A stretch of DNA of 64,000 nucleotides from Candidatus Latescibacterota bacterium (GTDB lineage: Bacteria > Latescibacterota > UBA2968 > GCA-2709665): assembly GCA_963662665.2 (NCBI GenBank), contig CAXXJS010000028.1, positions 64,001-128,000 of the forward strand. Reading direction: 5' to 3'. A model generated the notes under the pieces. The model was given only the letters and a program-made list of their open reading frames with translations, did no database searches and was not told where the DNA came from. The position numbers and the translations under genes are program-made. Below, in pieces: positions 1-9,610 of the stretch (position 1 is the stretch's first letter; every line of letters begins with the position of its first letter).

Positions 1-335
1 TCGCGGACTCCGCATACGATGCGCAAAAGAAGATTGAATCCGGTGAAACCGCCGTCGTGGGAGTGAACCGGTATCAGGAAGCTGCGGATCCGCCGGTTTC
101 CGTGTTCCAGCCCGCACAGGAAACGGAGCATACGCAGAAAGACGCGCTGGCGCAGGCACGAAACCTGAGGGATTCGGATGCGACGAATGCTGCGCTGGAC
201 GACGTCGCACGTCGGGCTCGGGGGAACGGCTCGATAACGGAGGCGGTCGTGGCCGCAGGGATGGCCGGCGCAACGGTAGGCGAGATTTCAGACAGGCTGC
301 GCGCGGTTTTTGGATCCTACAGACCCGGAGGTTGA
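1..335 (+). CDS. Methylmalonyl-CoA mutase family, substrate-binding subunit, C-terminal part (5' truncated by window)
   Basis: Reads AYDAQKKIESGETAVVGVNRY...GATVGEISDRLRAVFGSY, the typical end of MCM large-domain subunits; adjacent to an epimerase. Confidence 0.85.
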   Translation, partial: ADSAYDAQKKIESGETAVVGVNRYQEAADPPVSVFQPAQETEHTQKDALAQARNLRDSDATNAALDDVARRARGNGSITEAVVAAGMAGATVGEISDRLRAVFGSYRPGG

Positions 336-337
336 CC

Positions 338-736
338 GTGGAAGGACGCTTGGATCACGTGGGCATTGCGGTGGAGGAGATTGACCGGGCCCTGGCTGTC
401 TACTCCCTGCTCGGGTTCCAAAAAATGGAAGAAGAGACCGTGGAAGCCGAAGGCGTCCGGGCCGTTTTTCTCGGCGGCGCCGGCCTCACCCGGATCGAAC
501 TCCTCGAACCACTGGACGATCGCGGTTCTCTGGCGCGATTTCTTTCCGGGCGGGGACAGGGTCTACACCACGTCGCAGTCCGCGTGAAAGATATCGAGGT
601 GGAGGTCTCACGGTGCAGAGAAAGCGGCCTCGCGATCTCCAGGGAAATCCGGAAAGGCGCCCTCGGCAGACGTGTGGCGTTCGTGCATCCCCGGAGCGCG
701 TCGGGCGTTCTGATTGAACTCGTTGAAGCCAACTGA
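338..736 (+). CDS. mce: Methylmalonyl-CoA epimerase (VOC family)
   Basis: LDHVGIAV, IELLEP, GLHHVA, FVHPRSASGVLIELVE motifs; start GTG338 or TTG332. Confidence 0.9.
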   Translation: MEGRLDHVGIAVEEIDRALAVYSLLGFQKMEEETVEAEGVRAVFLGGAGLTRIELLEPLDDRGSLARFLSGRGQGLHHVAVRVKDIEVEVSRCRESGLAISREIRKGALGRRVAFVHPRSASGVLIELVEAN

Positions 737-1384
737 TCATGCGCGCAGGGCGGAAACCCTTACAAGAATCGTATTTCTGTGGTGCGACTCCGGGGTAATG
801 GCCTCAATGGACACGACCGGGCCGTCGGGTCCGAATTCTTCTGCTTCCCGGCGGGCGCCGGGACCCTTCAGCGCAATTAACTCTCCCTTTGTTCTGAGGA
901 ATCCTGACGACAGACGCCAGAGAATGGGCAAGGCGCCCACAGCGCGCGCCGTTACAACGTCGTAGCGTCCCCGATGCTCGTCACGCTCGCAAGCAGCCTC
1001 CGCCCGGTCGGTTAAGACCGACAGACCGTCCAGGTCGAGTTCTCCCGCCAGTTGGTTCAGGAAAAGGCCCTTCATTCGTACCGATTCGAGAAGCACAACA
1101 TTTATTTCCGGGCGGGCGATCTTGACCGGGACCCCCGGAAAACCCGCACCCGATCCCAGGTCCAGCAGGGAAATCGGCCCCGCGGGCAGGAATGGCGTCA
1201 CCCTCAAGCTTTCAATAATGTGGCGCTCCCTGATTTTGTCCCTGTCCCCCCGGGACACCAGTCGCACCCGCTCGGACCATGTCCTGAGCAATGTCTCATA
1301 CCGATAGAACCGCGCGGCCTGTTCCGCCGACAACGCTGTTGACAAAGCGTCCTCGGCCGCTGCCAGGAATTCTCGATCGTTCAC
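737..1384 (-). CDS. rsmG: 16S rRNA m7G527 methyltransferase
   Basis: RHIIESL, LDLGSGAGFPG, DVVTARAV, LKG motifs; GTG at 1384 preceded by GGAGGAG. Confidence 0.93.
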   Translation of the reverse strand: MNDREFLAAAEDALSTALSAEQAARFYRYETLLRTWSERVRLVSRGDRDKIRERHIIESLRVTPFLPAGPISLLDLGSGAGFPGVPVKIARPEINVVLLESVRMKGLFLNQLAGELDLDGLSVLTDRAEAACERDEHRGRYDVVTARAVGALPILWRLSSGFLRTKGELIALKGPGARREAEEFGPDGPVVSIEAITPESHHRNTILVRVSALRA

Positions 1385-1439
1385 GGCTCCTCCACGCGCG
1401 CCCGAATCGCAACGCGCCGATCTCTCCCGCACAATCCGA

Positions 1440-1455
1440 TGTTTCACGTGGAACA
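1440..1455. promoter_or_regulatory. parS: parS centromere site
   Basis: TGTTTCACGTGGAACA, a near-perfect palindrome matching the parS consensus, origin-proximal. Confidence 0.9.
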
Positions 1456-1527
1456 TCAGCGGTCTGCTAAAAGCTTAAACCGAAACACTTGACGTCGGCG
1501 CAATTACGTTGAAAATCGCCAAGGGCG

Positions 1528-1572
1528 CGGACCTCTCCCCCCGGACCCCTCTCCCAGGGGAGCGGGGAGGGT
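1528..1572. repeat. CCCCTCTCCC..GGGGAG palindromic REP-like repeat, copy 1
   Basis: Similar to 43648-43690 (inverted) and 61921-61958. Confidence 0.55.
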
Positions 1573-1723
1573 TAGCGATACGGCCTGACGATATCCGTTT
1601 GCGATGGCCGCGCCGGTATATCGGCAACGTCGGCGCGGGAGCCCTCCCGGAGGCAGGCGGAGAAGACGGAAACCCCTTCAAGAAGTGACAGTTTCCCCTT
1701 CACCTGCGAAGGAGGAAAGGTTA

Positions 1724-2672
1724 GCCTCAATGTGAAAAAAACAGCAACTCGGCAACGCGACGAAAACCCCTGAAACGGGCCGTAACGGTCGTCAAAAAGG
1801 ACGTTTTTTCAGTTCACGTCCAGTCACCGGGTGTATCTTGGTAATCAGAAGTTAAATCGCCTTTATCTACTTGCATATATTCGGTTTTACTTCCCCGAAG
1901 AAGTAGAGTCGAGATGTGGCGCGGTGGTTTAGGAGTGGCCTGTCTGTTCCCGCCCCTTTCGTCTGGCGGTGCCTCAATAGCCCCTCCGTGCTCCGTTTCC
2001 ACATCCCGCTCGTCGAACCGGACGTGCGGAGTTACCGCATCCGGCTCTCCGACGGACATCGCCTTCAGGTACACACTGCCCGATCTGCCCGGACAGCTTC
2101 ACCTGAAACCTTAGCTTGATCTGGAGTCGCCTCGTCTTATTCTGGAGGAGGTTATAGGCTTGCGCCACTCTCCCGACAGTTGTCCCCTTCACAAGCACAT
2201 CCGAAGTCAGGCCCCTTTCCTCCGCCGGCGTTACCCGGCATCACAGGTACTACGAGCCTGTCCGCCACCCCATACGGCCCGGCCTGGCCCTCACGGGCTT
2301 CCGGTTGGTGGCTCTCCACCACCGCTGGGGCTTCCCGTGTTGCGTCGGATCTCCTTGTATGCGTGCCTCCGCCATTACCCCGGCGGGACCGTTGGGTGCT
2401 CTCGTTGCCTGCTTCCCCAACGACGGCGGCCTTCCCCGTTCGCAAGCCGGGTCGGCTCCCGCATTACCCTTTTCGAGGCCTGCTCAGCGTTTACTCACGT
2501 TTCAGCCCACATACTCGCCGAGTCGCCTGGCGACCCTCTACACCGGAGGCTTCGGAGATGTCGTTACCTACGTCTCCGCTCCGATTGCTTCCGACTGTGG
2601 CAACATCTGTCGGGTGGGACTCTCACCCACTGAAGTTCCGCGCCTTTTCACGGCGCACTTGCGAATCAAGGT
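1724..2672. mobile_element. 193-bp MITE-like element copy 1, interrupted by a group II intron
   Basis: 1724-1902 joined to 2659-2672 aligns ungapped to 30622-30814 (~75% identity by manual count); TA on both flanks; imperfect terminal inverted repeats. Confidence 0.75.
1903..2658 (-). mobile_element. Group II intron, ORF-less (IEP deleted)
   Basis: 5' GTGCG at 2658; domain V GAGCCGGATGCG..CGCACGTCCGGTTC (2015-2047); domain VI ending GACTCTAC at 1903 with A at -7; only a short IEP N-terminal remnant (NKTRRLQIKL). Confidence 0.92.
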
Positions 2673-2735
2673 TAGGTGTCGACCCATCGCGCATCTCACC
2701 ATTCGCGCGACCGCAGCACAACCGATCATCCGTTT

Positions 2736-4091
2736 TTACTTGCCGATACAAAACGTACTGAAAATCCGGTCCAAAATCTCCTCCGACGTGGTTTCGCCGA
2801 CTATTTCAGCCAGCGCGTCGGCCGCTTCACGCAAATCCACCGCTACCACTTCCCGTGGAAGACCGTCGTCCAGCGCCGCCGTTGCACGGCCAAGGGCTTC
2901 TCCCGCCCGCCGCAGCGCCTGGACGTGGCGGGCGTGCGTTACCGCGCCGGGATCGGGATCGGAGGCCTCGATTACACGCTCGCGGATGAGCTTCCTGAGA
3001 CAGTCGAGCCCATCCCCCGAAAGGGCGGAGACGTTGAGACCCGCGAACTCGTGATCGCCGCGCCATTCGGCATGAAGGCCGAGATCCCTCTTGTTCATCA
3101 CGAGAAGCACGTTTTCGGGATCCAGGCCCGCAACGATGTCTTTCAACCCCGCGCCAACGGGGACGGACGCATCCACGATCAACAGCACAAGCGCGGCCCG
3201 GGCAATCGCAACCCGCGACCGCCGGGCGCCTTCCCGTTCAATGGCGTCTCGCGGCTCTGCGATACCCGCCGTATCGACCAGCGTCACGCAAATTCCGTCC
3301 AGGGTGATGGACTCCTCAATCGTATCCCGCGTGGTTCCGGACACCGGCGACACGATCGCCCGATCCTCTTCCAGCAGTCGGTTGAGCAGGCTGGACTTGC
3401 CGGCGTTCGGGGGTCCCGCCAGCGCAACGAGGGCGCCCTCGCGTATGACTTTGCCATGCCGATACGAGGCGATCAGGCGCTCGATTTCTTCCCCCGCCCG
3501 TGCGACCGATGGACGCACCGCCTCCTGTTCGACGCCCGCGTCTTCGTAGAAATCCAATCCTGCCTCAAGCAGCGTCAACGAATCCCGGACGGCTTCCGCC
3601 AGATCCTCGAACCTCGACCTCAAGCCACCGCGCAACCGGAAGTATGCGGACCGAAGACCCCGGTCCGCCCGGGCGGTGATCATATCGGCAATCGCCTCGG
3701 CCTGGGTGAGATCGATCCGGCCACTGAGGAACGCCCGCCTGGTGAATTCGCCGGGTTCAGCTGGCCGTGCGCCCGCCGATACAAGGGCCTCCATTGCCCG
3801 CTGCAAAAGGAGAGGGCCCCCGTGGCAGTTGAATTCAACCGTATCTTCCCCCGTAAACGAACGGGAAGCCCGCATCACGGAGACAAGGACCTCGTCCAGG
3901 TCCCGGTCTCCGACAACAAGCCTGCCGTACGTCAGACGGCGGTCCTCAATATGGTTCAGATCGCGTGACCCACAAAAAAAACCGGAGGCGATTTCTACCG
4001 CCTCCGGACCCGTGAGCCGCACGATGCCTATCGCTGCCTCGCCGGAACCGGTGGCGATTGCGACAATGGTATCGCGATCCGAAGGTCTCAT
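2736..4091 (-). CDS. mnmE: tRNA modification GTPase
   Basis: DTIVAIAT, SFTGED, GPPNAGKSS, GTTRD, DTAG, NKRD, C-terminal FCIGK. Confidence 0.97.
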   Translation of the reverse strand: MRPSDRDTIVAIATGSGEAAIGIVRLTGPEAVEIASGFFCGSRDLNHIEDRRLTYGRLVVGDRDLDEVLVSVMRASRSFTGEDTVEFNCHGGPLLLQRAMEALVSAGARPAEPGEFTRRAFLSGRIDLTQAEAIADMITARADRGLRSAYFRLRGGLRSRFEDLAEAVRDSLTLLEAGLDFYEDAGVEQEAVRPSVARAGEEIERLIASYRHGKVIREGALVALAGPPNAGKSSLLNRLLEEDRAIVSPVSGTTRDTIEESITLDGICVTLVDTAGIAEPRDAIEREGARRSRVAIARAALVLLIVDASVPVGAGLKDIVAGLDPENVLLVMNKRDLGLHAEWRGDHEFAGLNVSALSGDGLDCLRKLIRERVIEASDPDPGAVTHARHVQALRRAGEALGRATAALDDGLPREVVAVDLREAADALAEIVGETTSEEILDRIFSTFCIGK

Positions 4092-4103
4092 TGTGACTAA
4101 CCC

Positions 4104-5795
4104 TCAGGGGCTGCCGAGCACGCGTTTCACACGTTCCATAACATGCTGCTGCAGAATCGTGAGCAGGTTGAACATGGTCCAATAGAGTACCAGCCCGGAG
4201 GACATGCTCCAGAATATCCACGTCATGAAGACGGGCATAATATAGACCATGATAGCCTGCTTGGGGTCTTTCATGGTCATTTTTGACTGCACAAACGTAG
4301 AAACGGCCATTAGCAGCGGCAACAGGTGGATTTCAAAACCGCCGATGAACAACCGGTCCGGTTGTGAGAGGTCGGTAATCCAGAACACGAACTCGGACTG
4401 GCGGAGTTCGATCGCGCCCCGGAACACATTGAACAGCGAAAAGAGGATGGGCATCTGGATGACCATCGGCAGGCACCCCCCCAGGGGGTTCACGCCCTCC
4501 TCCTTGTAGAGTTTCATCATCTCCCGGCTGACCTTTTGTTGATCATCCGGGTATTTTTCGCGCATCGCGGCGATCTTGGGCTGAAGTTGCTGCATCCTGG
4601 CAGCTGCTTCGAGGCTCTTGTGGGTTAGCGGAAACACCACGATCTTGATAAGCACCGAAAAGACGATGATGACCACGCCATAGTTCGGTATCAGGGGATG
4701 GAGCGCCAGAAAAGCCCGGAGATTCAGATTGGTGATGGGCTTTATGATTGGCCGGAACATGGCGAAGCCATACTCCATGAATTCTTCCATCTCCAATTCC
4801 CGGTAATTGTCCGACAGATCCCGATTCTGCTGTCTGAGCAGATCGTAGGATTTCGGACCCAGATAAACCCCGTATCTCTGACCTGGATCGACGCCCTTTG
4901 CCTGGATTTCGACGTCGTACCATTCTGCGGCGTCTCGCATGTCGCCGCCCAGGCCCAGGCTATAGCTGCCTTCCGGCGGGATCAGGGCAACCAGGAAATA
5001 TTTGTTGTGAATCCCAACCCATGAGATCCGCCCGCGTGGCGGAGGGTCGCCGTCTGGGCCGAGGTCCTCCACGTTCCAGGTTTCCACCTCACCGCCGGCG
5101 CGTGTGACAACTGCCATATAGGCTGCGTTTTCTTCCGGGCTGTTCTCGGTATCGGCGAGACTGCCCGACCAGCCAAGGCCCAGCTTCTCCTGAGCCTGCA
5201 ATCCGGATACGGCGACCGCAATATCCGCCCGGTACCGGTTACCCTGGAAGCGAATCCGTTTCTCCACCGTGCGCGTTCCCGGCTGAGCCCTGAAGATCAG
5301 TTCGGCCTGCTCGGACCCGATCAGCGTGAGCCTGGGTGTGTCGGTGGAAAACTCGAACTCATCCAGCGATTCACCGGCTAGCGACAGACCCATCGCTGTG
5401 CTGCCGGGCGTCATCAGATCCAGAACCCCCCCGTCCGGATGTTCGTAGGCCTTCAGGCGAAGGCGGGTCAGTACCCCGCCCCGTGTGCTGAACGTGGCGG
5501 TAAAAAGGTCGGTTTCGACGATGACGTCCTGTGGGATGAATTCGCCTTGGCCGTATTGGGCGATCCGTGGATCTCTCGATACGCCGGAGGACACTTCCGG
5601 CGCAGTCGGCGCAACCTCCGGTTGACGGACGGGTTGTTCGGGTGGAAGCGCCCGAGGCGTCCGAAGGCTTTGGGCGGGAACCCGCTCAGGAGTCGGGACC
5701 GGCGTCGGCTCCCCCATTATCCATTCCATATAATGGGGATAGAGTATGATGATCAGTCCGATTAAAATAAAGGCGAGGATTGTACGTTTATCCAT
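4104..5795 (-). CDS. yidC: Membrane protein insertase
   Basis: MDKRTILAF N-terminus, NYGVVII, NPLGGCLP, WITDLS, GLVLYW; standard position after rnpA. Confidence 0.95.
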   Translation of the reverse strand: MDKRTILAFILIGLIIILYPHYMEWIMGEPTPVPTPERVPAQSLRTPRALPPEQPVRQPEVAPTAPEVSSGVSRDPRIAQYGQGEFIPQDVIVETDLFTATFSTRGGVLTRLRLKAYEHPDGGVLDLMTPGSTAMGLSLAGESLDEFEFSTDTPRLTLIGSEQAELIFRAQPGTRTVEKRIRFQGNRYRADIAVAVSGLQAQEKLGLGWSGSLADTENSPEENAAYMAVVTRAGGEVETWNVEDLGPDGDPPPRGRISWVGIHNKYFLVALIPPEGSYSLGLGGDMRDAAEWYDVEIQAKGVDPGQRYGVYLGPKSYDLLRQQNRDLSDNYRELEMEEFMEYGFAMFRPIIKPITNLNLRAFLALHPLIPNYGVVIIVFSVLIKIVVFPLTHKSLEAAARMQQLQPKIAAMREKYPDDQQKVSREMMKLYKEEGVNPLGGCLPMVIQMPILFSLFNVFRGAIELRQSEFVFWITDLSQPDRLFIGGFEIHLLPLLMAVSTFVQSKMTMKDPKQAIMVYIMPVFMTWIFWSMSSGLVLYWTMFNLLTILQQHVMERVKRVLGSP

Positions 5796-5955
5796 TCGAC
5801 AGCCCTGTTTTCGTGGTATGCAAACGTGACGCGTAGTTCCGGATGGACCAGGAATGCGAGCCGGGCGAATCCTGGCAATCCATTTACGGGTCAGAACAAT
5901 GGCGGGGGCGTAATGAGGAAGGCGACACACATTCGAAGACAAAGCGGAGGACGAT

Positions 5956-6318
5956 TCAACGAGGAAGCAACCCGATCGGCGGGTTGGTCGACACGGGAAG
6001 AAGATCCAGACTTCGAAACGCAGAGATCAGATCCGAGCGCAGATCCGGGAACCGTGCAGAGGCCGAACCGTCGCCAACGTAAATGACGACCATGTGACCC
6101 GTGCTGCCGTGCGGGACCATTTCCCTGCAGATCGCACGAATTCGCCGCCGCGCGCGATTTCGCGCAACTGCCCTTCCAAACCGCTTCCGCACGGAGATAA
6201 AGATACGATCTTCTGCGGATCTGCACGCACGGACATGCAGCCAGCGGCCCCTGAAAAAAGACCCGGTCCGGCGCAGATTCCGGACCTCACTGCGCAGCCG
6301 GGCATTTAGCCTGCTCAT
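5956..6318 (-). CDS. rnpA: RNase P protein component
   Basis: RKRFGRAVARNRARR (RNR motif); immediately follows rpmH. Confidence 0.85.
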   Translation of the reverse strand: MSRLNARLRSEVRNLRRTGSFFRGRWLHVRACRSAEDRIFISVRKRFGRAVARNRARRRIRAICREMVPHGSTGHMVVIYVGDGSASARFPDLRSDLISAFRSLDLLPVSTNPPIGLLPR

Positions 6319-6319
6319 T

Positions 6320-6454
6320 CTAGAGGGAGACCCGTTCGCGTCCCTTGCGTCGGCGCCGGGAAAAGATCAGACGCCCGCCAGGGGTCCTCATGCGATGGCG
6401 GAAGCCGTGCTTGTTTTTTCGTTTCCGGTTGCTGGGCTGGAATGTCCGCTTCAT
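6320..6454 (-). CDS. rpmH: 50S ribosomal protein L34
   Basis: [22 protein letters not shown]. Confidence 0.97.
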   Translation of the reverse strand: MKRTFQPSNRKRKNKHGFRHRMRTPGGRLIFSRRRRKGRERVSL

Positions 6455-6520
6455 TATATCGTCCGTGGGTTGTGCTGGAAACCGCCGTTCGCGTATCTGA
6501 ATGAATTGTAGGAAGTTATG

Positions 6521-6549
6521 AATATAGAGGGGGATGGAATCTTTGTCAA
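6521..6549 (-). promoter_or_regulatory. Sigma-70 promoter of the rpmH operon
   Basis: TTGACA-N17-TATATT on the minus strand. Confidence 0.7.
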
Positions 6550-6585
6550 GGGATTTCGTCTGCATCCATACAATCACACATTATA

Positions 6586-6601
6586 CCACTATATATTGTA
6601 T
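6586..6601. promoter_or_regulatory. NrdR-box-like operator
   Basis: CCACTATATATTGTAT matches ACACTATATATTGTGT at 14/16; weaker second box at 6616-6631. Confidence 0.55.
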
Positions 6602-6687
6602 TTACTTCACTTACTATCCATTATATGGCGCCTCCACTTTACCGAATTACAATTGCAAAATAAGATGAATTTTCCGGTAAAAAGGGC

Positions 6688-6716
6688 TTGACTTTTCAAT
6701 ATCTATTCTTTAGGTT
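6688..6716 (+). promoter_or_regulatory. Candidate sigma-70 promoter for dnaA
   Basis: TTGACT-N17-TAGGTT. Confidence 0.4.
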
Positions 6717-7031
6717 GCTCCATCCAAATTGCCGAGCCCAGTTCTTTCGGCGACTCCCCCGCTATTTGTTCGTCATTACTTTTATCTTGATTATTCTTGT
6801 GACCGGACGGCCACCGGCAGGCCGCTTTATTGTCCGAACGTAAGGAATTCAACCCTTCCTCTGCCGTGAATTCCATCCCCCCAGAAAATCTTCTGTAATA
6901 CTCCCTCCAATAGATGATCTTCTGGCTTCTGGCGGGGCTCCGCGCACTTCCCGGCCAACTTCTTCTTATATTGCCAATCGGGTCCAGCGACGGCAAATGT
7001 CCCTCGCTGGCGTATGGGTGGTTTTGTCTAT

Positions 7032-8441
7032 ATGGTAGAAAATCCTTCCGACCTCTGGGGCCGGTGTCTGCGAAAAATAGAGGGGAAAGTCGAGGCGGAT
7101 GCGTTCAGCACATGGTTCGCACGGACGTCGTCACCGCGGCTGGGCGCCGAGACCGCCGTCATTGAAGTGCCAACCACATTTTTTGCGGAATGGCTTGAAG
7201 AACATTGGCTCGATTTGATCCAGTCTGCAATCGAAGAGATTACTTCCTGGACGCCGGCAGTCAGATTCATTGTCGAGAAAAATGTCCGGTCTTCCTCAGG
7301 GGCGCCACTCGATTTCCTGCCCGACGACGGCCCCGCACCCCCGCGGAACCGCGAACCCGAAATAACGCCGGTCGCTCCAGCACCTGTTTCCGAGGCTGTC
7401 TTTCCGCTGAATCCCAGGTATCGGTTCGAAGACTTCGTCGTCGGCGAGAGCAATCAATTCTCATTCACGGCGGCGAAAGCCGTCGCGGAGTCGCCCGGCC
7501 GGATATCCTACAATCCGCTCGTTATCTATAGCGGCGTGGGGCTGGGGAAAACCCACCTGCTGCAGGCGATTGGCGACTATTGCGTACGCAACAACACCGC
7601 CCGCCGTGTGGTGTATACCACGGCCGAGCGGTTCTTTACCGATTATCTGAAAGCCATTCAGAAGCGGGATTCATCCGCGTATATCGACATTTATCGAAAC
7701 GCTGACATTCTTCTGATTGACGACATCCAGTTTTACGTGAAGACCGAAGCGTGCCAGCGCGAACTCATTCACACATTCAACACATTGTATCAACTGAACA
7801 AACAGATCGTTTTGAGTTCAGACCGCCCGCCGTCAACCCTCAAGGGATTCGAAGACCGGCTTATTTCACGGTTTCAATGGGGCCTGGTTTCGGATATTGA
7901 CCGCCCGGACCTCGAAACCCGGATGGCGATTGTCAATCAAAAGGCGGCCGATCACGGTGTCCGGATTCCCCGGGATGTTGCTCGTTTCCTGGCGGAACAG
8001 GTAGATTCCAACATCCGGGAACTGGAAGGCGCCCTGACCCACCTCATTACATTTTCGGTATATAAACGCGCACCGGTTTCACTTGAAATCGCCAGAGATA
8101 CCATAAAGAGTCTGGGACGGGCGAACGCCATCGGGTCTACCTCAGTCAGCATAGAGGAGATCCAGAAAGGTACCGCGGGTTTCTTCAATATATCCGTTGA
8201 AATGTTGACCGGCGCAACGCGAAAGCAGGAAATCGCCACGGCTCGACATATCTGTATGTACCTCTGCAGAAGGCTTACCGAGGCGCCTCTAAAGGCCATC
8301 GGAACCGAATTCGGAAATCGGGATCATACAACAGTCATTCACGCGTGCAGAAACATCGCGTCCAGGCTTTCAACCGACGCCGATTTCCAGACGCTAGTCA
8401 GCCGCATCCAAAACAGAGTTCAGCAGTTCGCATCGGCCTGA
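7032..8441 (+). CDS. dnaA: Chromosomal replication initiator
   Basis: YNPLVIYSGVGLGKTHL, LLIDDIQF, SRFQWGL, NIRELEGAL, RDHTTVIHA; start 7032 or 7014. Confidence 0.98.
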   Translation: MVENPSDLWGRCLRKIEGKVEADAFSTWFARTSSPRLGAETAVIEVPTTFFAEWLEEHWLDLIQSAIEEITSWTPAVRFIVEKNVRSSSGAPLDFLPDDGPAPPRNREPEITPVAPAPVSEAVFPLNPRYRFEDFVVGESNQFSFTAAKAVAESPGRISYNPLVIYSGVGLGKTHLLQAIGDYCVRNNTARRVVYTTAERFFTDYLKAIQKRDSSAYIDIYRNADILLIDDIQFYVKTEACQRELIHTFNTLYQLNKQIVLSSDRPPSTLKGFEDRLISRFQWGLVSDIDRPDLETRMAIVNQKAADHGVRIPRDVARFLAEQVDSNIRELEGALTHLITFSVYKRAPVSLEIARDTIKSLGRANAIGSTSVSIEEIQKGTAGFFNISVEMLTGATRKQEIATARHICMYLCRRLTEAPLKAIGTEFGNRDHTTVIHACRNIASRLSTDADFQTLVSRIQNRVQQFASA

Positions 8442-8587
8442 ATCCCCATGCATCCCTGGTTTCCGTTATGGCCGCAAGGTCACCTGGAAGCTTTTTCAAA
8501 ATTCCCAGCGGTCTGCACGCCCTTCGTGCCTCATAGCCGCCGCCTTTTCGCTCTTACTCGGGAAATCACAGGTAATTTTCAAATAGC

Positions 8588-8789
8588 TTCTCAATTGCGG
8601 CGAGAACCCTGATAGTTTACCTGATGCGCCGCGACAGTATAACGACCGATTTCCGTCCTGAATCGGTTTTTTCTGTTTATGTCCGTTCACGTCCAGTGAC
8701 CTGAAGTATCCTGGAAATCCGCCGTCAAATCGCCTTTACTCACTTGCGCGTATTCGACTTAGCGTCCCTGAAAAATGACCAATCAAAGT
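8588..8789. mobile_element. MITE-like element copy 2 (left part degenerate)
   Basis: 8683-8789 clearly matches copies 1 and 3 (GTTCACGTCCAGTGA...AATCAAAGT). Confidence 0.65.
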
Positions 8790-8799
8790 CAGGCTGTTT

Positions 8800-9230
8800 A
8801 CCTCGCCCGAATTTTTAACTGAAAACAGCCCATCATGTTGTTAATGTCTATTGAATCTTAAATACATGACATCTAAAAATACTACAACGACATGGCCTGT
8901 TGAAAAGTGGAAAAGATCGAATTCGACCGATAAAATAAAGGAAAATCCGATCGTGCCATTGTTGAATCACTATGGAAACCATGTGTATATCCAATGTATT
9001 GTTCACCTCCATTGGACATGCAGTCCGCGGCTCTGAGGTTTTCCACAATTCATACCGAAAGAATTTCACAGACCGGGAACTCGGAAACAGATACAGGAGT
9101 AATTTCCTTAACTAACATAAAACCAAATATTTGTATCCATAATGTAAACGAGGTTTGTGCGGAACTGCACTGAAGTTATCAACAATGATGAATGTGGATA
9201 TCGTGCCGATGCCCGAGGCGGAATAAAGTA
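8800..9230. other. oriC: Probable oriC (dnaA-dnaN intergenic region)
   Basis: AT-rich; DnaA boxes TTTTCCACA (9039-9047), TGTGTATAT (8982-8990), TTATCAACA (9176-9184), TGTGGATAT (9193-9201); genes diverge around this region. Confidence 0.75.
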
Positions 9231-9464
9231 AGTGCCGTTCGCCCGCATTGGACGGTGATCCGGCAGGATCGTTCCCGTCGCCGGACGCACGGGGTACGCC
9301 TGGCCGGAACTGCGAATATTGTTGCCGTCCGGATCTGAAGCCACAGTGGCCGTTTCAGAGATGGTCGGAGGAGAATTGAGGGGCTTGGAAGGACCGGCTC
9401 CGAGAAGGCTTTCAGGGCGGTTCGAGAGCGGGTTTGCGCCGGACCCCGAAAAAGACAATAAACG

Positions 9465-9493
9465 TTGACAAATTCGATAAAAATCAGTATATT
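9465..9493 (+). promoter_or_regulatory. Sigma-70 promoter for dnaN
   Basis: TTGACA-N17-TATATT. Confidence 0.7.
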
Positions 9494-9610
9494 ACGTTAT
9501 GGTATCCAACGGCCCGCCAAGCCGTTTTTTTCGATGAATACAAAGCGGGATTCAAACCTGGATTTCGATGGGGAAACGTCACGGGAAGGCGTGTTCCCGG
9601 GAGACAGAAA

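Noticed and set aside
1385-1456. N-terminal extension MFHVKH of the rsmG ORF
   Set aside because: It is the translation of the parS palindrome; the real start is GTG 1384 with a strong SD
1814-2761. Several overlapping ORFs inside the intron
   Set aside because: Translations of ribozyme domains; no RT motifs such as YADD
5796-5942. Upstream extension of yidC or a hidden yidD
   Set aside because: No YidD C-x-F-x-P-T-C-S motif; MDKR at 5795 is the typical YidC start
9434-9610. Long N-terminal extension of dnaN
   Set aside because: Overlaps the promoter; clamp homology starts at ATG 9611
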